DNA of 64,000 bases from Amoebidium appalachense (GCA_963693365.1 CAVNZM010000009.1:7483408-7547407); one strand, 5' to 3'. Counted from the first letter of the stretch, positions 1-15,235 are shown. Made by a program: numbers and translations. Notes: generated by a model from the sequence alone, not told the origin.

Positions 1-9
1 CACACACAG

Positions 10-322
10 ACCAAATCACAACTCTCCTGTCTCGCCCCCACCCAACAGATAGTCCACACCACACCTCCCGTCTACCATTATACTAACCTCCGTTTGCTTC
101 CCTCCCCCCACCCAACCCTCCCCCGTCCTCCCCCTCCCCGCGGCCCCCTCCCCCCCCCCCCCCCCCCCTCCCTCCCCCCAGTGTGCACGGAGTACGGCAA
201 ATACTTTATCCCCGGGGGGGTGACCTCTCTTGCCGATGCAACTGCTGCCTGTGCCCTCTATGGCGGCAAGCTGGCCGTCGTGTCCGACCCAGATATCGCA
301 CCCCCAGCTGGTGCCGTGAAAG
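10..322 (+). CDS. Partial gene, two putative exons (10-91, 182-322) encoding a C-type-lectin-like segment
   Basis: AG acceptors at 8-9 and 180-181 and a GT donor at 92 join in frame to give ...YTNLLCTEYGKYFIPGGVTSLADATAACALYGGKLAVVSDPD, which fits the CTLD N-terminal pattern (C..Y.f...s..dA..aC...gg.La.i.s). The next donor would be GC (AAG|GCAAGT at 323). Downstream exons were not found. Confidence 0.45.
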
Positions 323-825
323 GCAAGTCTCCCACCTAGCATTCTTTCCCTCCCTCTCTTTTCCCGTTTACCACCTACACACACACGCGCGCATAGCACA
401 TACACACGAAACACACACAACATCCCCTCCCTCCCCCCCCCCCCCCCCCCCCCCCCCCCTAACTGAAACTGGATGCCCCCCCCCCCCCCCCCAGACCCCC
501 CCTCGGCACTTCTGCAACCCCTCTCCAATCACACGCTTATAGTCTACGTGACTGCTCCCCCCCCCCGGCCACCTCCCCCTTTCTCTCCTCCTCGTTCACC
601 CCTTCCACACCACCACAAGTGCCCCCTTTATCCCCGGAGTAAATGGGGGTACGCAGATTTCTTGTCTCTTCTCTCCTCTACTCTTACTCTAAGCTCGAAA
701 GTAAAAGTCACCCAAAGCGTCCAAAAACCGAAGTCCCCCAAGGCGTCCAAAAACCGGTAGTAAAGGTCCCAAAAAACTGAAAAAAACTATTTTTTTTTTA
801 AAAAAAAAAAAAACTGACCGGAAAA

Positions 826-889
<64 letters not shown>

Positions 890-983
890 ACACAGTGTTC
901 CAGACGAACCGATCGGAGAAGTTGATTAAGAACCGCTGCGGCACCAGTTCGTGGATCAGCACCACATCGCCAAACAACTGTCT

Positions 984-1167
984 TGATTGGTCGAGCATGA
1001 GGAAGGGCGTGTGCACTGACCCAATCGCAGTGCTCTGCCAGCTTTCCCCTTAAATGCCGCCTTAAACCCCTTAGCTGATTGGTCGAGCATGAGGATGGGC
1101 GTGTGCGCGAACCCAATCGCAGTGCTCTGCCAGCTTTCCCCTTAAATGCGGCCTTAAACCCCTTAAC
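984..1167. repeat. Two tandem 92-bp units, each with ATTGG and CCAAT boxes
   Basis: tgattggtcgagcatgagga.gggcgtgtgc...cccaatcgcagtgctctgccagctttccccttaaatgc.gccttaaacccctta starts at 984 and again at 1076. Confidence 0.9.
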
Positions 1168-1346
1168 TGTTTCCCGCTCCGAGGAAATACTGCGGGTCAT
1201 TCTTTCGGGAAAATGCTCTGGGTTTTCCACTCCGAGGAAGTACCGTGGGTCATTTTCCGGGAAAATTATCCGATTTTTCCGTTTCGGGTGCAAACTAGTC
1301 ATTCCCGTGTAAGTAGTATGGAGAAAACTTAGAGAGAGCGTTACAG

Positions 1347-1457
1347 AGAGCCTCATGGTCATGGGGTTTGATAGATTTTGTAGACAGAATGTGCACTATA
1401 ACAAGAGCCTCTTGGTCATGGGGTTTGATAGATTTTGTAGACAGAATGTGCACTATA
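1347..1457. repeat. Tandem duplication, 57-bp period
   Basis: agagcctc.tggtcatggggtttgatagattttgtagacagaatgtgcactata at 1347 and 1404. Confidence 0.9.
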
Positions 1458-1949
1458 TGTAAATACATCGCTTTACGGTATAATATGATTTTTATTGTAG
1501 TAACTAGCCATTATATGGCCAGAAAAATTAAATCTCCTGTCTGGGCTGGACCCGACAGAAAACCGATATCTGAAAACCGATATATGTGAGACTCAAGTGT
1601 GTGTGTGTGTGTGTTATCACCAATATGTCATACACACGTGCACACACACACAAGCACCAAGCACCACCAAATCGCTTTCGGGTCTGACCCGACCCGGATC
1701 TTAAAGAAACCCCATATAAGTTAGCCACGATGTGCACACCGTCACCACACGTTGCCTGGCGCAGCAGTCAGCTGCAGTCGTTGATTATGTATGTGCGACA
1801 ATTTACCATGTTCTGTATTTAGGATTTTTATTTTCATCTTATATCCTGACGGAAGCTTCGTATAAGAGTAGAGTAGGGATACCCCCCCCCCCCTCACGAT
1901 GAGAGAAGACACGCGCACATACATAATCATGTGCGTGTGTGTGTGTCGG

Positions 1950-1993
<44 letters not shown>

Positions 1994-2106
1994 CCGCGCG
2001 CTCGCAAGTGTGTGTGTGTGTGCGCGTGTCCTTGTGTTTATGCGTGTGACGGCGTGCACACGTGTATTGTGGGTTGGTGTGTGGGTGTTTTTTTTTCTTT
2101 TTGTGT

Positions 2107-2137
<31 letters not shown>

Positions 2138-2655
2138 GGGGGGGGTTCAGCATCACGTGTGCCAGAGGGCCAACCCTTAAGATACAGATGCGGCTCAAGA
2201 CATCACAGCACCATTTTCACGGGTTCCAAATCCACGGAAAACGGGGCAGTGGTGGGATAGGATGAAATGTGTGCATGTGTGTGTGTGTGTGTGTGTTTAC
2301 GTAAAGCAATCATTTCCTCAACTAACAGCGATCAACAAACAGATACATATATTTTATATACCCAGTATATCGTGATATCTATGCCCTAATCATGCACCTA
2401 GAGCATATAGGTTGAAAATTTGGGGGGTTCGAATGCTGAATATCATGGATTCAATTAATCCAAAAACCGTTTCTATCCCCGAGTTTTATGAAAAAAGTCA
2501 TTGGGGGATGCACACAGTGCAACACCCAAGGAAATAACGGAAAAAGAAAGAAAAGATCAAGCCGACCAATACAGTTATCCAAAACAAACAAGGAAGGGAG
2601 GGGCAAAAAAAAAAACAAAAAAAAAACAAAAAAAAAAACAGGGAAATTCAACTGG

Positions 2656-5302
2656 TTATTTTCGCCGTGCCTTAACGCTGACGAGAGCAGAGTTATCCGT
2701 CGTCTTAGTGAAAGCACTAAGAGCCTTAACCTGATAAGTATATCCCGTCCCCATTGTGACCGACCTATCAACATAAAGCGTCGCGCTCGGAGCCAAAGTG
2801 GCAATCTTTACGAACCTCCTCTTTGGATCACTATCCGCCGACCTATAAAGCTCATAATTCGTGTTGATTCCGTTTTTATTCCTTGTCCAGCTGACGTTAA
2901 TAACCAACGTCCGCGCCATCGCAGGAGACGCTTTCAGGTTGACAGGGGCCGCGGCTTTCGCCATCGTGCGCGTGTTTGCCGACGTGGCGGGGCCAGAAAT
3001 CCCGTACGGGTTAAAGGCAACAATACGGTATCTGTACATGGTGTTTGGCGCTAGAGCCGTGTCCGTATACTGAACCGTGTTTGGCGCAACGTCCGCAATT
3101 TTTGCCCACGTAATCCCGTTATTGCTCGAACGGTAGATAACATATCCGGATTCTCCGCCCACATCCGTCCATGTGATTTTGATGGAACTGACGCCGGTCG
3201 CCAAGGTGGAAATCTTTGCGGGAGCCAGGGGCGGGCGCGTAAACACAGGTGGGGGTGGGGGTGGTGGGGGAGGGGCAGGGGTGGTAGCAGAGACGACAGC
3301 CGAATCGTCCGATTCGCCAGCGGAGTTCATAGAACGTACCTTGTAGCTGTATGTGGTTTTTGAGGTGAGGCCCGTGCTCAAGTAAACATTTGTGCCGAAT
3401 GAATTCACCGCAACCTGAGTCCAATCCACGCCATTGTTGTTTGATCGGAAAATTTTGTACCCCGCCGTCGCTCCGGTGACAGCGCTCCATGAAACTTCAA
3501 TAGACGTACTGCTAACAGTGCCTACGCGTACGTTGGTTGGTGCCGCTGGGCGTGGGGTAGCCGCCAGGGTACTAACCCGGAAATTCGCAACGGTTTTCTG
3601 TGTAAGCGTAAGCGTTTTCACGTTGTTGGCGCTGGCTGGGTCGGTCTCAGGCACGCCGGTGGGTAGGTTGTTGAAAGAAATGTCAGGGTTGGAAAAGTAA
3701 GGGACGCGGGGAGCATAAACATTAGAGCATGAATAGGACATGACGGTGCGGTATGGGCTGTTGCCTGTGCAATATCGATGGCCGTTGGAGTAGGGAAAAG
3801 CACCGCCGTCAGACGCCGAACGATCATGGTTAAGGCCCATGTTGTGACCAAACTCATGTGCGGGTGTCAGCAGACCCATGCAACCTGCATAGGGAGGAAG
3901 TAAATAAACAAATATATATATATATATATGTGGTGAAAATGCCACACCTGACCTATCTACGTCAATCAAAGTACTTATGCATCTCCCAACATCCCTCCCA
4001 CTCACAAAAATAAAATAAAAACATTAAAATAGACATAAAATGAAAGAAAGAAAAAAGAAAAAATTCACACATACACAAAGAACGGATTTTTTTTCATGCA
4101 GACATGCAAACAACAACCGCTCTATCATCTCCCTTCCTTTGTGAGTGCAGCTCAGCCCTCCTCCCCCCACCCCCCACTTCCTCCCAACCAAACACACAAC
4201 CCTGGTGAGTGCTCCCAGGCGTGCATGTGTAAAAGCCATGCATGCACACGCATGTGTGTGTGTGTGTGTGTGTGTGTGGTATCTTTACAGCGAGGCAGGG
4301 GTGGGGGGGAGGATATTGTGTGTTAAAAAATTGAAGACAATTCACAAGGGTGAGCAGCTACTTACCGACATATGCGACACTGAAAGCATACTCCTCAAAA
4401 GACGTATCTATCGAATCCATCAAGTATCCGAGCCCGCACGCATTCTGGTCATTGACGATCAACTGGACGAGGTCCGCCTTGTAAGTGTGACGAAGAGTAT
4501 GAACATTGTCAAGAACACCATCCCCTTTGGTTGTCAATTTGTCGAGTGCATCGCCCATGTTCCCCGTCTCCGTGTACGTGACCATTTGGCTCCACACCAG
4601 GTTAATGCGAAGGTTAACCTGGCTATTTGTCAGAGCGAGGTTAAAATCAGCAATCGCGCTCGCAATCATAGACTTCATTGTAGTCTCCCCATAGAGGCTC
4701 TGTACGGCGGGAGTCCAGAGGACCATTACATCAACCACGCTGCCATCATCCGTGGCAGTTTGTCTTCTACGTTTAGCGGGCTGGGTGACGTTTTTGCGCG
4801 GGGGCACAACAACATCAAGCTCGGGGAGATTTGGAATATTCGTCTCGTAGAAAAGTGCATTTCCGGGTCGCCCTTCTACGGGCTTAATCGTGTACTGCGT
4901 CGTTTTCTCACCGTTATTAACCCACACCTGCCCGTACAAAGCACCGGTGTCTGTCGAAACGAGCGAAACACGAGTTGCGGGGTTATCTTGAGCACCCCCG
5001 TTCCATACCTTCATGCCCCCGCCTACAGAATCTGCGAGCGTGCGTGTTGCGTTAAAGCCCCCCTCGGGGAGAAATGCAAAACTGATAGATGCGGCATTTT
5101 GGGCTATAGCACCGCTGTCGTGCGTAATTTCCATGACAGTTTCCGGCTTTGCATCTGGTGGGAGAGGTCCGGGGGGTAGTATGTTCATCGTGCCCAGTTC
5201 ATTATCCCCGTGAACATGTGGCTTGATTCTGAATAGCTGCACGGGTTGTTGTGAATTTGCGAGAGATGCACCCGCGAGGGCGAGTGCTGTGAGTAATCTC
5301 AT
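2656..5302 (-). CDS. Secreted metzincin zinc metalloprotease (M12B reprolysin-like / peptidyl-Asp metallopeptidase-like) with 3 fibronectin type III domains; exons 5302-4366 and 3884-2656, about 721 aa
   Basis: Signal peptide MRLLTALALAGASLA; basic site KRRR before the catalytic domain; HEFGHNMGLNHD zinc motif (HExxHxxGxxH); Met-turn RTVMSY; phase-1 intron 4365-3885 (GTAAG...GCAG) joins the two ORFs in frame; FN3 signatures (IEVSW..GYKIFRS..L.skTtYsYkVrs.N..G). Confidence 0.92.
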
Positions 5303-6699
5303 GGTCGCGATTCTCTAAGAGGTGTCTGTGTGTTTGGTGAGAGTCTTCGCTGATGGTGTGTTGTTTGTATTCCAGCAGAAAGTGCAAACCGCTCTGAAGA
5401 CACGGAAATCTGAATGATGTAAACGAAGTTTAACAGCCTAAAAAGGCACAGACTATTGACAACATTCTTTTTTAAAAAAAAAAAACAAGCATGAAGTCAT
5501 GTGCTCAGGTTGAAACATAAAAAAATATTAGTTATAAGGTGGCGGAAAAGATCTCTGCACTTTCCTCGGCACTACACCAATCAACCGGCCGCGGTGAGTC
5601 GGGGGGAATGACCGGAGCCTTTAGAACTGGTACCACTTTCCAGTCCTCCATTGTTTCACAACTGTCACGCAGTGTGTGACTTGTCGCCGCCATTTGCTTT
5701 ACTACACTCAATGGTGCTGAAACAAATACATTATCGGGTAACGAATTTATCGAGGTAAGACAGAAAAGAGTGAAGTGATGGCTACATTCCACTGTCAATA
5801 GTTTTATCAGTTCATCTAGATTCCTGACGTTCCATTTGCATTCCAGTAATCCACAGCAAGGACATCACTTGAACTAAGCTCAAAAAGAGCTATTTGTATC
5901 TTTCCCAGCGGCTTGTCTTCTTCTTTTTAATTATATATTTGCTATTGATATATATTGAGTCATTCGTAGTTTTTAGGGATATAATAGTCTGATGCATACT
6001 AAGCCCTGCTAGGGTGCGGTGGCACAGATGCATCTCAGGATTGAATTCATTGGGCCATTGTCGATAACGGTAGATCCTCCTAAACTCCTCTGCTCGAATT
6101 TTTTAGGCAAGATCAGGTGATGACACCCAGTTACGTGCTGTTTGTAGGTCACCTAATAATGTTTAGCCTTTTCTGTAGCATATATTTTTATATTTCTGTT
6201 TTCTACTAAATAATAGCGTTTTACGTGGTCAGACCAATATTTGCCTCTGCTCACCAAGCTTCCGCATTGTATATGATATATTATCAATACACCGCGAACG
6301 TTTCAATACTCAATCAATAGTACCATCCCCTCTGTTTGTTCTGTAAATTTCAAGTTCGCCGGGAAGTTCAGGAATCCTTTCGATTCATTTGAACATTAGT
6401 AATTCTTGGAAGTATTAACATTTAGCCAACATTCGCAAACCAAAATAAAGATGCTATATTCTTTCTAAAAACACTTCGGTACATTTGGCTAACAAGAGCC
6501 ACTGCTAGCGCAGCCAGCCAGCCCAGCTGGCGGGTCACGGGTGAAAGGCTGCGAACTTTATGATCACAAGATTTTTTTTATTTTTATAATGGATTTTATT
6601 TTTATAATGGATTTTCACAAGATTTTCGTCTATTCAAAAGTGTAAGGAGAATAGAGAATTCTGGAACCACTAAAATCGGCATACCTCTGGCAATCTGGT

Positions 6700-8380
6700 C
6701 TACCCGACCCGTTTTTTTTAGACCGGTCGCGGCTTGGACCCGACCGACCCGGTTTGACCTGTTGGCCTTCCCCCAGACCCGGTGTACCGGGTCCGGCCAC
6801 ACAGAGTACTCTATAGCGATCGGTACTTGCAATGGGGGGTCGGCTCCCGATTAGACTTCGGCAAAAATCGTCAGATTGAATAAAGTTAAAATACGTATTA
6901 AAACCTAAACACTGGTGTGTGATTGGTCAACAAACTATCTATTGTATAAATCATTTAGAACTGGGATACATTGTGTTTCAGAATTGTTTTTGCTTTTTCC
7001 CGGAAAACACATACATCTATTATTACAGTCAGCCCCACAAAATCGTCCACGTAAAGGCACCATAATATAATACTGTATCTTGAGTCTTCAAAAATATCAA
7101 AAACACAATAGAATATAAAATAGTTTCAATTTCAACTGTGGCTTAAAAGTTAAAAAAAAAAAACAGCTTTGTGCTAGCGATGCGCCGCCGCGGCTCATAG
7201 AACTTTACTTGGTTCATAAGGCGATCCAATTCGAACCCTGATCTACGAGATCTAAGGCTTGACTGACCTGGAGCGGCAAGAAGCAACCAAAATCCACCGT
7301 TAGGTTTCATTAGGGTTGTTCAAGCTCTATAGACAAACCGAGGACGCTGGTTAGTGCATTAAAAAAGACATTTATAGCAAATATATTTAGCGAACTGCAA
7401 CTCTTGCAAAAAGATTTTGCGGAAAGAGAAGTGAGCGCGATTTTTTCTTCTGCGTTCGCTAAGCTAACAAAACATGATCAATCTGATTATAGGACCTATA
7501 GCTAGAATTAATCAAAAAATAAAAAATAGAAAAAACGCATAGAGCATCTTGGTTTTTTTTAGTTTACTTTGAAGTATTATTTTTGTATATTATTTTGTAA
7601 TGTGTCATGAAGACCCTGCATCTAGTTTGTTATGCCTCACGTGTTATGGGTGGCAATAGATCTGGTATTATTGTTTATTAGAGACAGCAGTCAGCTGATC
7701 TGATCTAATATTTTACCCTAGTAAATTGCGTAGCGAATCCGATGAGACGTATTACGTCACTGTGCCCTGGCCAGAAAGAGTGGTGGAAGGTACGGTACAA
7801 TAGACTCCTGTGTAGCGACAAGATACCTTTCCAAGTGGGTAAGATCTTTCCTAAGTGCGCAGGATCTCTCTTAAGCGAGTTGGACCCTTCCTACTAAAGT
7901 TGGATCTCTTCCAGCTCAACTCCTTCTTTGTAGGGTAGGGAGGAGGGGGAGGTCGGTGGGCCGGGCCGCCGTAGCGGGCACCTAGCCTGGCGCCTGGGGG
8001 GAGGCAGATATAGATTTAGACCCGACCCGATCAACCCGTTTTGGACCCGTCGGGAGTCAGACACGACCCGATCCGACCTGTTTCTGTTTATACTGACCCG
8101 CGGGCCCCTACTCTCTAAGCATTCATGACATGGCCGATGTTGTCCTTTCCTGTGTCTTGAGAGACCCTTTCAAATGCATGTTCGTGTCCTCTACATAAAA
8201 GAATGTACTGTACGTAAGGTGCATGTATGTATGTAATGTACATGTAAACTGTAGTAGTAGGACATGTCATTCGTCCACAGCAACAGCCAGCCTGACAGCT
8301 ACGCACGCCTAACAAAGAAATCTATTCTTAGTGTTCTATTTTCGGGTGACCGGAGCCCCCGGGCCCCCAGTACTGTACTG
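6700..8380. mobile_element. Clusters of ACCCG/CGGGT motifs resembling DNA-transposon (hAT-like) subterminal repeats; relic ends
   Basis: Dense gacccga/acccg arrays at about 6700-6797, 8018-8112 and 8342-8370, with similar arrays at about 1545-1700 and 15565-15600. No matched TIR pair or TSD could be resolved. Confidence 0.35.
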
Positions 8381-8701
8381 CCAGTACAGCTGGTGTGTGG
8401 CTGTCTGACTGTGGCACATTACATACAGCATCAGCAAATATCACCCTCCCGTTTTCTTTTTACGCTCCTGTTTGCACCCAGCCCAATCCAGTTAATTGAT
8501 TTGGGGTTTACGCTGTTTACTCGAGGCAAAGAGAAACCAGTTTCAGGTATGGGGGGGGTTTTGCTCGGAATATCCCCTCAGCGGTATATCATGATCACGT
8601 ACATAGATGTCGGGTGATGACTATATATCAGGGTTTACTTTCTCTACGAGACACCATAAAGATCTAGACTACAAAGAGAAATCAATTAGTTGGGATTCCC
8701 C

Positions 8702-10015
<1,314 letters not shown>

Positions 10016-11567
10016 GAAGTTATGCCAACGCCTCGCCAATTTGTGCATATACTTCGAAAGACATACAAACCGTTGCACTTTATTACAGCGGAGCTGAAGT
10101 ATCACTCATTACACTGCACAATTAGATATGGCAACGAATCAAAGAGGCACTGCCCCAGACCGTCAGTCCGTCACCCCATGCAACAGTTGTGTCTGGCACA
10201 GCCGGATTTAAAATCATCGGTACATCCAATCATCTCATTCGGCATTGCAATCGTTGATTTGGGAAATCCAGATTTTCTAAACTTAGTAGTGCCATATTGG
10301 GAGATCGAAGTGATCACCCAATAGGCACAGTAGCAGCTTTTTAGGGTACTATAAAAAGCGGGTGATGGTTAAGGTTAGTGTATCTCTCAGGGGCAAGGGT
10401 AGGTGTTTTTGGGGGGGGGGATGGGGGGGGGGGGGGGGGGGGGGGGGGGTAGGCACGTAGCCAGTGTGGATACGTTTGTATACAGCCCAGACTTAGTCCA
10501 TACAAGTTGATCGATCTGCGACCATAGGCATGTGTAACCGTATGTATTGATGTAGTAGTGGGGGTCCCGGGGACCTGATTGTTGTGAGCCACAAGAGAGC
10601 AATAAAACCGACAGAAGCAACCTAAGTACGAATTAATATTGCCAACCAGGGGTTGCCTGGGTTTGGCGCTCTTAATCGTATTTAAGCAAATTCCGAGCAT
10701 TTTGACACCCTTCAGGATCGTATTTACTAATTGAATGCCCCCTTTTAATCTTATTGCGGGGTTTTCTAAACCGTATTTTGGGTCCATACGATTCGTAACG
10801 CAAACCCTGTTGGAGACAGTGACGGTTGCCGACAATCCCAGAATTCATCCTCGGCCGCGACTGGGACCGCACATGGGTCCTCATTGCAATAACTATAACA
10901 GTAATGTACTTTGAATAATATCCAAGTAATCTGTCGACATGTCCCTCGAACTCTGCGTACGCGTGCATGGCGTATGACTGCGACCGTTCACCTATATACG
11001 TACTGACACCGCCGGACACGGACACGTCGTGACACACGTGCACTCTTACAGCAATTGAGTAGTCTAAAATTAGAAGGTCAATTATGACTTACACAGCCTT
11101 GAGCAACCGTCGCGGCATGCGCAGGTGCAGTATTCGTAGCAATATTCCTACTTTTCCGGGCCTTACGAATTCCAGGTCTGAGCAATCGATCATTGTAATG
11201 TATGCCAGTCGAGTATTACTAACACGTACATAGTTGAATTCGCCTCCGTTTATGTTATCATATTCATGGCCTCATGCTTGAAATGGATAGGTAATTGCTT
11301 AAACAGGAAATAGGGGTTTTCATCATAGTATTGATGATGTTCAAATCTTGTGTTACCATTGATCTTGGAATGGCAGAAAATGAATGTACACACCACTCAC
11401 GACAAAAACTTGTTTAGATGGGTGCAAGACATTCCAGAAGTTTCAGAAGACAACGTGCTCGTTATTCAAAGTGTGTAATTGAGTGTTTTCTCATTATGAT
11501 ACGATGCCACTGTGTGTTTATGCATTTTCACGTTCACTACTGAGCTAACAATCTACTGCTGTGCACA

Positions 11568-11879
11568 TAATAATGATTATATACAGTGTTAATAAATAAG
11601 GAACATACACACAAGACATGCTACCCTGCCTCCGAGTCGTGCGAGCAAGTTTGCGGGGTGTGTGTGGGCGATAATGTGGGTGACTATTTTGGTGTGTGAT
11701 ATGTTCGTGTGCCATATTGATTGTAATAATGATTATATACAGTGTTAATAAATAAGGAACATACACACAAGACATGCTACCCTGCCTCCGAGTCGTGCGA
11801 GCAAGTTTGCGGGGTGTGTGTGGGCGATAATGTGGGTGACTATTTTGGTGTGTAATATGTTCGTGTGCCATATTGATTG
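11568..11879. repeat. Near-perfect tandem duplication, 156-bp period
   Basis: taataatgattatatacagtg...gtgccatattgattg at 11568 and 11724. Confidence 0.95.
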
Positions 11880-12390
11880 TGTGCACCACTCTTTGTGTAG
11901 GGAACTTGGGTGGTTTTCGTGTCGTTCTTGCATACCACACGGTTACAGTATGTGGTGGTAGTGGAGAAGTATGCGTTTGTATGCGTGCGTGTGTGCACGC
12001 TCACTGCATCACGTGTGCGTGCGTGCGCGCGCACGTGTGTGTGTGTGTGAGTAGTGTGTGTGTGTGAGTGAGTAGTGTGTGTGTGTTTGTGTGTGTTTAC
12101 ACGGCACGTGTTTTTCGTTCTCAGGAAGGACGGAGGTGGTGGTGGTGGTGGAGAGGGGGAGGGAAGGAGGGGAGCGGAGGGGAGGGGGGGGGGGGGGAGG
12201 AGGGGGAGGCTGCTGCTGATAGATACTTGTTCACGCAGAAAGATCGCAATGATTATCATCATATTATGCATCCCAAGATTGAACCACGTTACACTAGGAC
12301 CGTTACACCCCATTCATATCTTCAAGATTCCGCAAATTCGTACATTCGAATAGATATATCAATACGAGCCTTTAAATGAAATTCATGAAA

Positions 12391-12702
12391 TTATGGTCTA
12401 GACCCACGCTTTGTCGGTGGAAGTTTTTGCTGTGGTACTAATTTTGGCGATGAGAGCCGTGGGCTCGATTGTGACTGTCGGGGGGGACTCATTGGTTTAT
12501 CAAACCCCCCCGATTCTTCGGTTACCAAATCCGTAAGCGCAGTTATAAGTCTTCGTTTTTCATCTTTTGTCCGGGACATTATAGCGTCGCATTCCTTTAA
12601 CTCTCTCTGTGTGGGTGGATTGGATTGGAGTCAGCTTTTCATGTCCCCCCCCCCCCCCCCCCGGGAGGCCTCCCCCCCCCCCCCCCCCCCCCCCCCCACC
12701 CA

Positions 12703-12735
<33 letters not shown>

Positions 12736-13271
12736 GTGACCACCCAGATCTTCACACGAGAGAGCTCGAGAAGGGATGTGTGTGTGTGTGTGTGTGTGTG
12801 TGATGAGTGAGTCAAGAATTATATAGGTGTGGATGCCACATGCCTGTAAACAAAGAATTCTGTGTCCTGTATGCACCCGCTTCATCCCTGCTTCTGCAGA
12901 CTCGTGCGTCAAAGTTTTCTTTGCTTGTATACAGGGGAAGAGAGAGGGGGGGGGGAGGGGGGGGGGGGGGGGGAACGGAGGGAGGAGAGTGGAGGGGGAG
13001 GGGGGAGGGGGGGGGGGGAGAGAAGGGAGAGAGAGAGAAACAATAGAGACAGAAAAGAGAAAGAGATCGAGAGGACGGGGAGGACGGGGGGGGGGGGGGG
13101 GGGGGGGGGGAGGAGGCAAGAGCGAGGGAGACAGAGAGAGAGAGAGTGAGAGAGAGAGTGTGTGTGTGTATGTGTGTGGGTGTGGGTGTGCCTGTGTGTA
13201 TGTGCGTGTGACTCCGCGGGTAGGAGGAGGGGTGTGAGAGGGGGAGGGTTGGGGGGGGTGGGGTAGGGTGT

Positions 13272-13302
<31 letters not shown>

Positions 13303-13442
13303 GGGGGGGGGAGGGGAGGGGGGGGGGGGAGGGTAGGAAGAATGAGGCTCACCTCGTTGAGTTCCTGTAACAGCTTTTCCAAAAGATGAAGCGGGAGTGA
13401 ATTGTACTGTTGGTGTTAGGTGTGATAATGGTGAGTTTATGC

Positions 13443-13518
<76 letters not shown>

Positions 13519-13666
13519 TGTGGTCATGTGTGTGTACATGTGCGTGTGTCTCCGTGAGTGCTTGTATCTGTGTGCGCACATGCTGTTTTTGCCCCTCCCC
13601 CCCCCCCCCCCCCCCCACCCCCCTCTTTACAACTTGATTTCTACGCTTTTTTATTACGTTTAAGTC

Positions 13667-13697
<31 letters not shown>

Positions 13698-13911
13698 AGG
13701 GGGATGGATAAAAGTGACACATCGTAGGAGGTGGTCAGATACCGAGCAAATAAATCTCAAGGAGCATTGTCGGGGAGAAAAAAAAATTTGGGGGGGAAGG
13801 GGGAGGGGGGCTATCGGGGTGAGATAATGGTACGCGAGAGGCAGGGCATAGGGGGGGGGGGGGGGGGGGTTATGAGGTAGAGGGCCTCAAAAAGAAGCGG
13901 TGGCTTTGTGT

Positions 13912-13965
<54 letters not shown>

Positions 13966-14476
13966 AGATAACACTTCGGCATGCATAGGCAAATCCTAGA
14001 ATATAGAACGTGATCAGATCCCGTCCCCAATGGCTCGACCCCCAGGGAAGGGTGGAGTTGTGTGTGTGTGTGTGTGTCTGTTGCATGTATGTGTGTGGTA
14101 GGCGGGGGGGGGGGGGGCATTTGGAACGACCATTAAAAGCAGGTGGGCGGGTAGACAGTATGTGCATTCGGGGGATGGGAATCTTACATCAGAGGAAGGG
14201 GGAGTTGTGTGTATGCTGGGGGTGGGGGTGGGGGGGTGTTTACGTCCGGAAGGGTGGAGGTGTGTGTGTGGGGCGGAGAGCTCGGAGGGGGGGGGGGGGG
14301 GGGGGGGGGATGTGGTGGTGATGGTGGCAGGGTTTTTTCTCTTTTTTTTTTCTTTTTTTTTTTGGAGGGGGAGGGGGGGGGGGTTGGGGTTTTTCTAACA
14401 CGTTTACAGGGTAAGAAGTACACAGAGTCACTAAGGAAAACAGCAGGGAGACGGAGGAATACAGAGGAGGGGAGCT

Positions 14477-14510
<34 letters not shown>

Positions 14511-14754
14511 CTTACATCGATTTCCGACGGGTCCTTTGACAATGCATCTTCCGTTGTGTTCTCAGAAATTTCAGGAAGAGACGTGTTGCTTTTTGATAAG
14601 CCTTGTAGTTCAGGGTCGTTGAACACTAGGGCGAGAGGTTTCCGTTGTGGTGTGTGTATGTGTTGGCTGTGTCGGCGTGGAACGGGCGAGCAGATACCTT
14701 CGTCTACTCGGTTGATGGCACTGAGGACTGTGTGTGTGTGTGTGTGTGTGTGTG

Positions 14755-14790
<36 letters not shown>

Positions 14791-14816
14791 AGAATGGGGT
14801 GGGCGGGTGGGGGAGG

Positions 14817-14849
<33 letters not shown>

Positions 14850-15189
14850 GGTGGTGATGGTAGGGGGGGGGGGGGGGGGGGAGAGTGTGTGTGTGTGTGT
14901 GTGGGGGGGGGGGGTTAGGGGGGGGGGGGATGGGGCTTTAGGGGTTGGGGGGGGGGGGGGGGACAGTGTGTGTGTGGGTTGGGGGCTGGGGGGAGGGGGG
15001 TTAGGGGGGTTGGGGGGGGGGGGGGGGGGGGGTTGGCAGTGGGGAGGGGGGAGGGATGTGTGTGTGTGTGAAGGTGGGAGGGGAGTGGGGGGAAGGGGCG
15101 GATATGTGGAAGATGGGGGAGGCGGAGGGGGGGGGGGATGGGGGTGGGGGGGCTGGGAGGGTGGTGGTGGTGGTGGTGGTGGTGGTGGT

Positions 15190-15235
<46 letters not shown>

